From Armatimonadota bacterium (lineage in GTDB: Bacteria; Sysuimicrobiota; Sysuimicrobiia; Sysuimicrobiales; Kaftiobacteriaceae), in contig JACPRY010000124.1 in assembly GCA_016193565.1 (NCBI GenBank), positions 1 through 43,360 of the forward strand: 43,360 nt of DNA, read 5' to 3'. Below the pieces are notes generated by a model. That model was not told where the DNA came from and made no database searches. It was given only the letters and a program-made list of their open reading frames with translations. A program made the translations under genes and the position numbers. The first letter of the stretch is position 1. Each line of letters opens with the position of its first letter. Shown here piece after piece: positions 43,193 to 43,360 of this stretch.

Positions 43193-43360
43193 CGCGATAG
43201 CGTTCAAAAGCGTCCCGCATCTCCTTGTCCAACTTTCCGTCCGGCCGGAACGGCCCAATGGCGGCCATCGACAGCCGGCCGGGCTGGAACAGGTCGACCA
43301 CTATCTGCCGCACTTCATCTGCGGTGACCGCATCGATCCGGGCGATCAGTTCGTCGAGCG
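43149..43360 (-). CDS. C-terminal end of an M16-family (insulinase-like) peptidase, 5' part outside the window
   Basis: The open frame from the window edge reads LDELIARIDAVTADEVRQIVVDLFQPGRLSMAAIGPF..., the usual C-terminal pattern of M16 peptidases found upstream of dapB/asd clusters in Bacillota. The last 14 codons run into the palindrome. Confidence 0.6.
   Translation of the reverse strand, partial: LDELIARIDAVTADEVRQIVVDLFQPGRLSMAAIGPFRPDGKLDKEMRDAFERYRALTPSLSPPGRGGG

Noticed and set aside
42809-43258. 149-aa ORF containing PSPHPSPRRGEGEGEGQG
   Set aside because: It is a translation of the GC-rich palindrome plus dapB in a different reading frame on the same (minus) strand. The sequence is low-complexity with no start context.

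Overview
GC-rich bacterial chromosomal window with about 40 genes. All except the first (a 5'-truncated class A PBP) lie on the minus strand. The gene order (M16 peptidase-dapB-asd-lysC-dapA ... ftsK ... rodZ-cinA-thpR-recA-recX ... rny-ymdB) resembles Bacillota-type synteny. Read along the minus strand, the window holds: a lysine/DAP block; family-4 UDG, uppP and ftsK; a BMP-type nucleoside ABC transporter followed by psuK/psuG; rodZ; cinA-thpR; and an apparent SOS unit (LexA-box promoter, intein-containing recA, recX, a UvrD-type helicase fused to a Cas4/AddB-like nuclease, and SbcF/SbcE (YhaO/YhaN)-like genes). It continues with rny-ymdB, a PHP phosphoesterase, a zinc-ribbon protein and the selenocysteine locus selA-selB-tRNA(Sec). 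Last comes a 6.6-kb segment (VapBC, UPF0182, two DUF2294 genes, TerC, DUF2892) that ends at a degenerate copy of the tRNA(Sec) 3' half, plus a Phd/PIN pair. Three points stand out. (1) Related 7-8 nt tandem-repeat arrays, often as inverted hairpin-forming pairs, fill many intercistronic spacers. (2) The tRNA(Sec) 3'-half direct repeat brackets an islet-like segment that has no integrase. (3) Several conserved genes carry lesions: selB and dapA each lack about 15 codons and are out of frame, uppP has a 1-nt frameshift, and UPF0182 may carry an in-frame gap. A LAGLIDADG intein sits in recA, and recX has a conserved N-terminal region with no canonical start codon. All calls come from reading the ORF translations and DNA by eye, with no database search.
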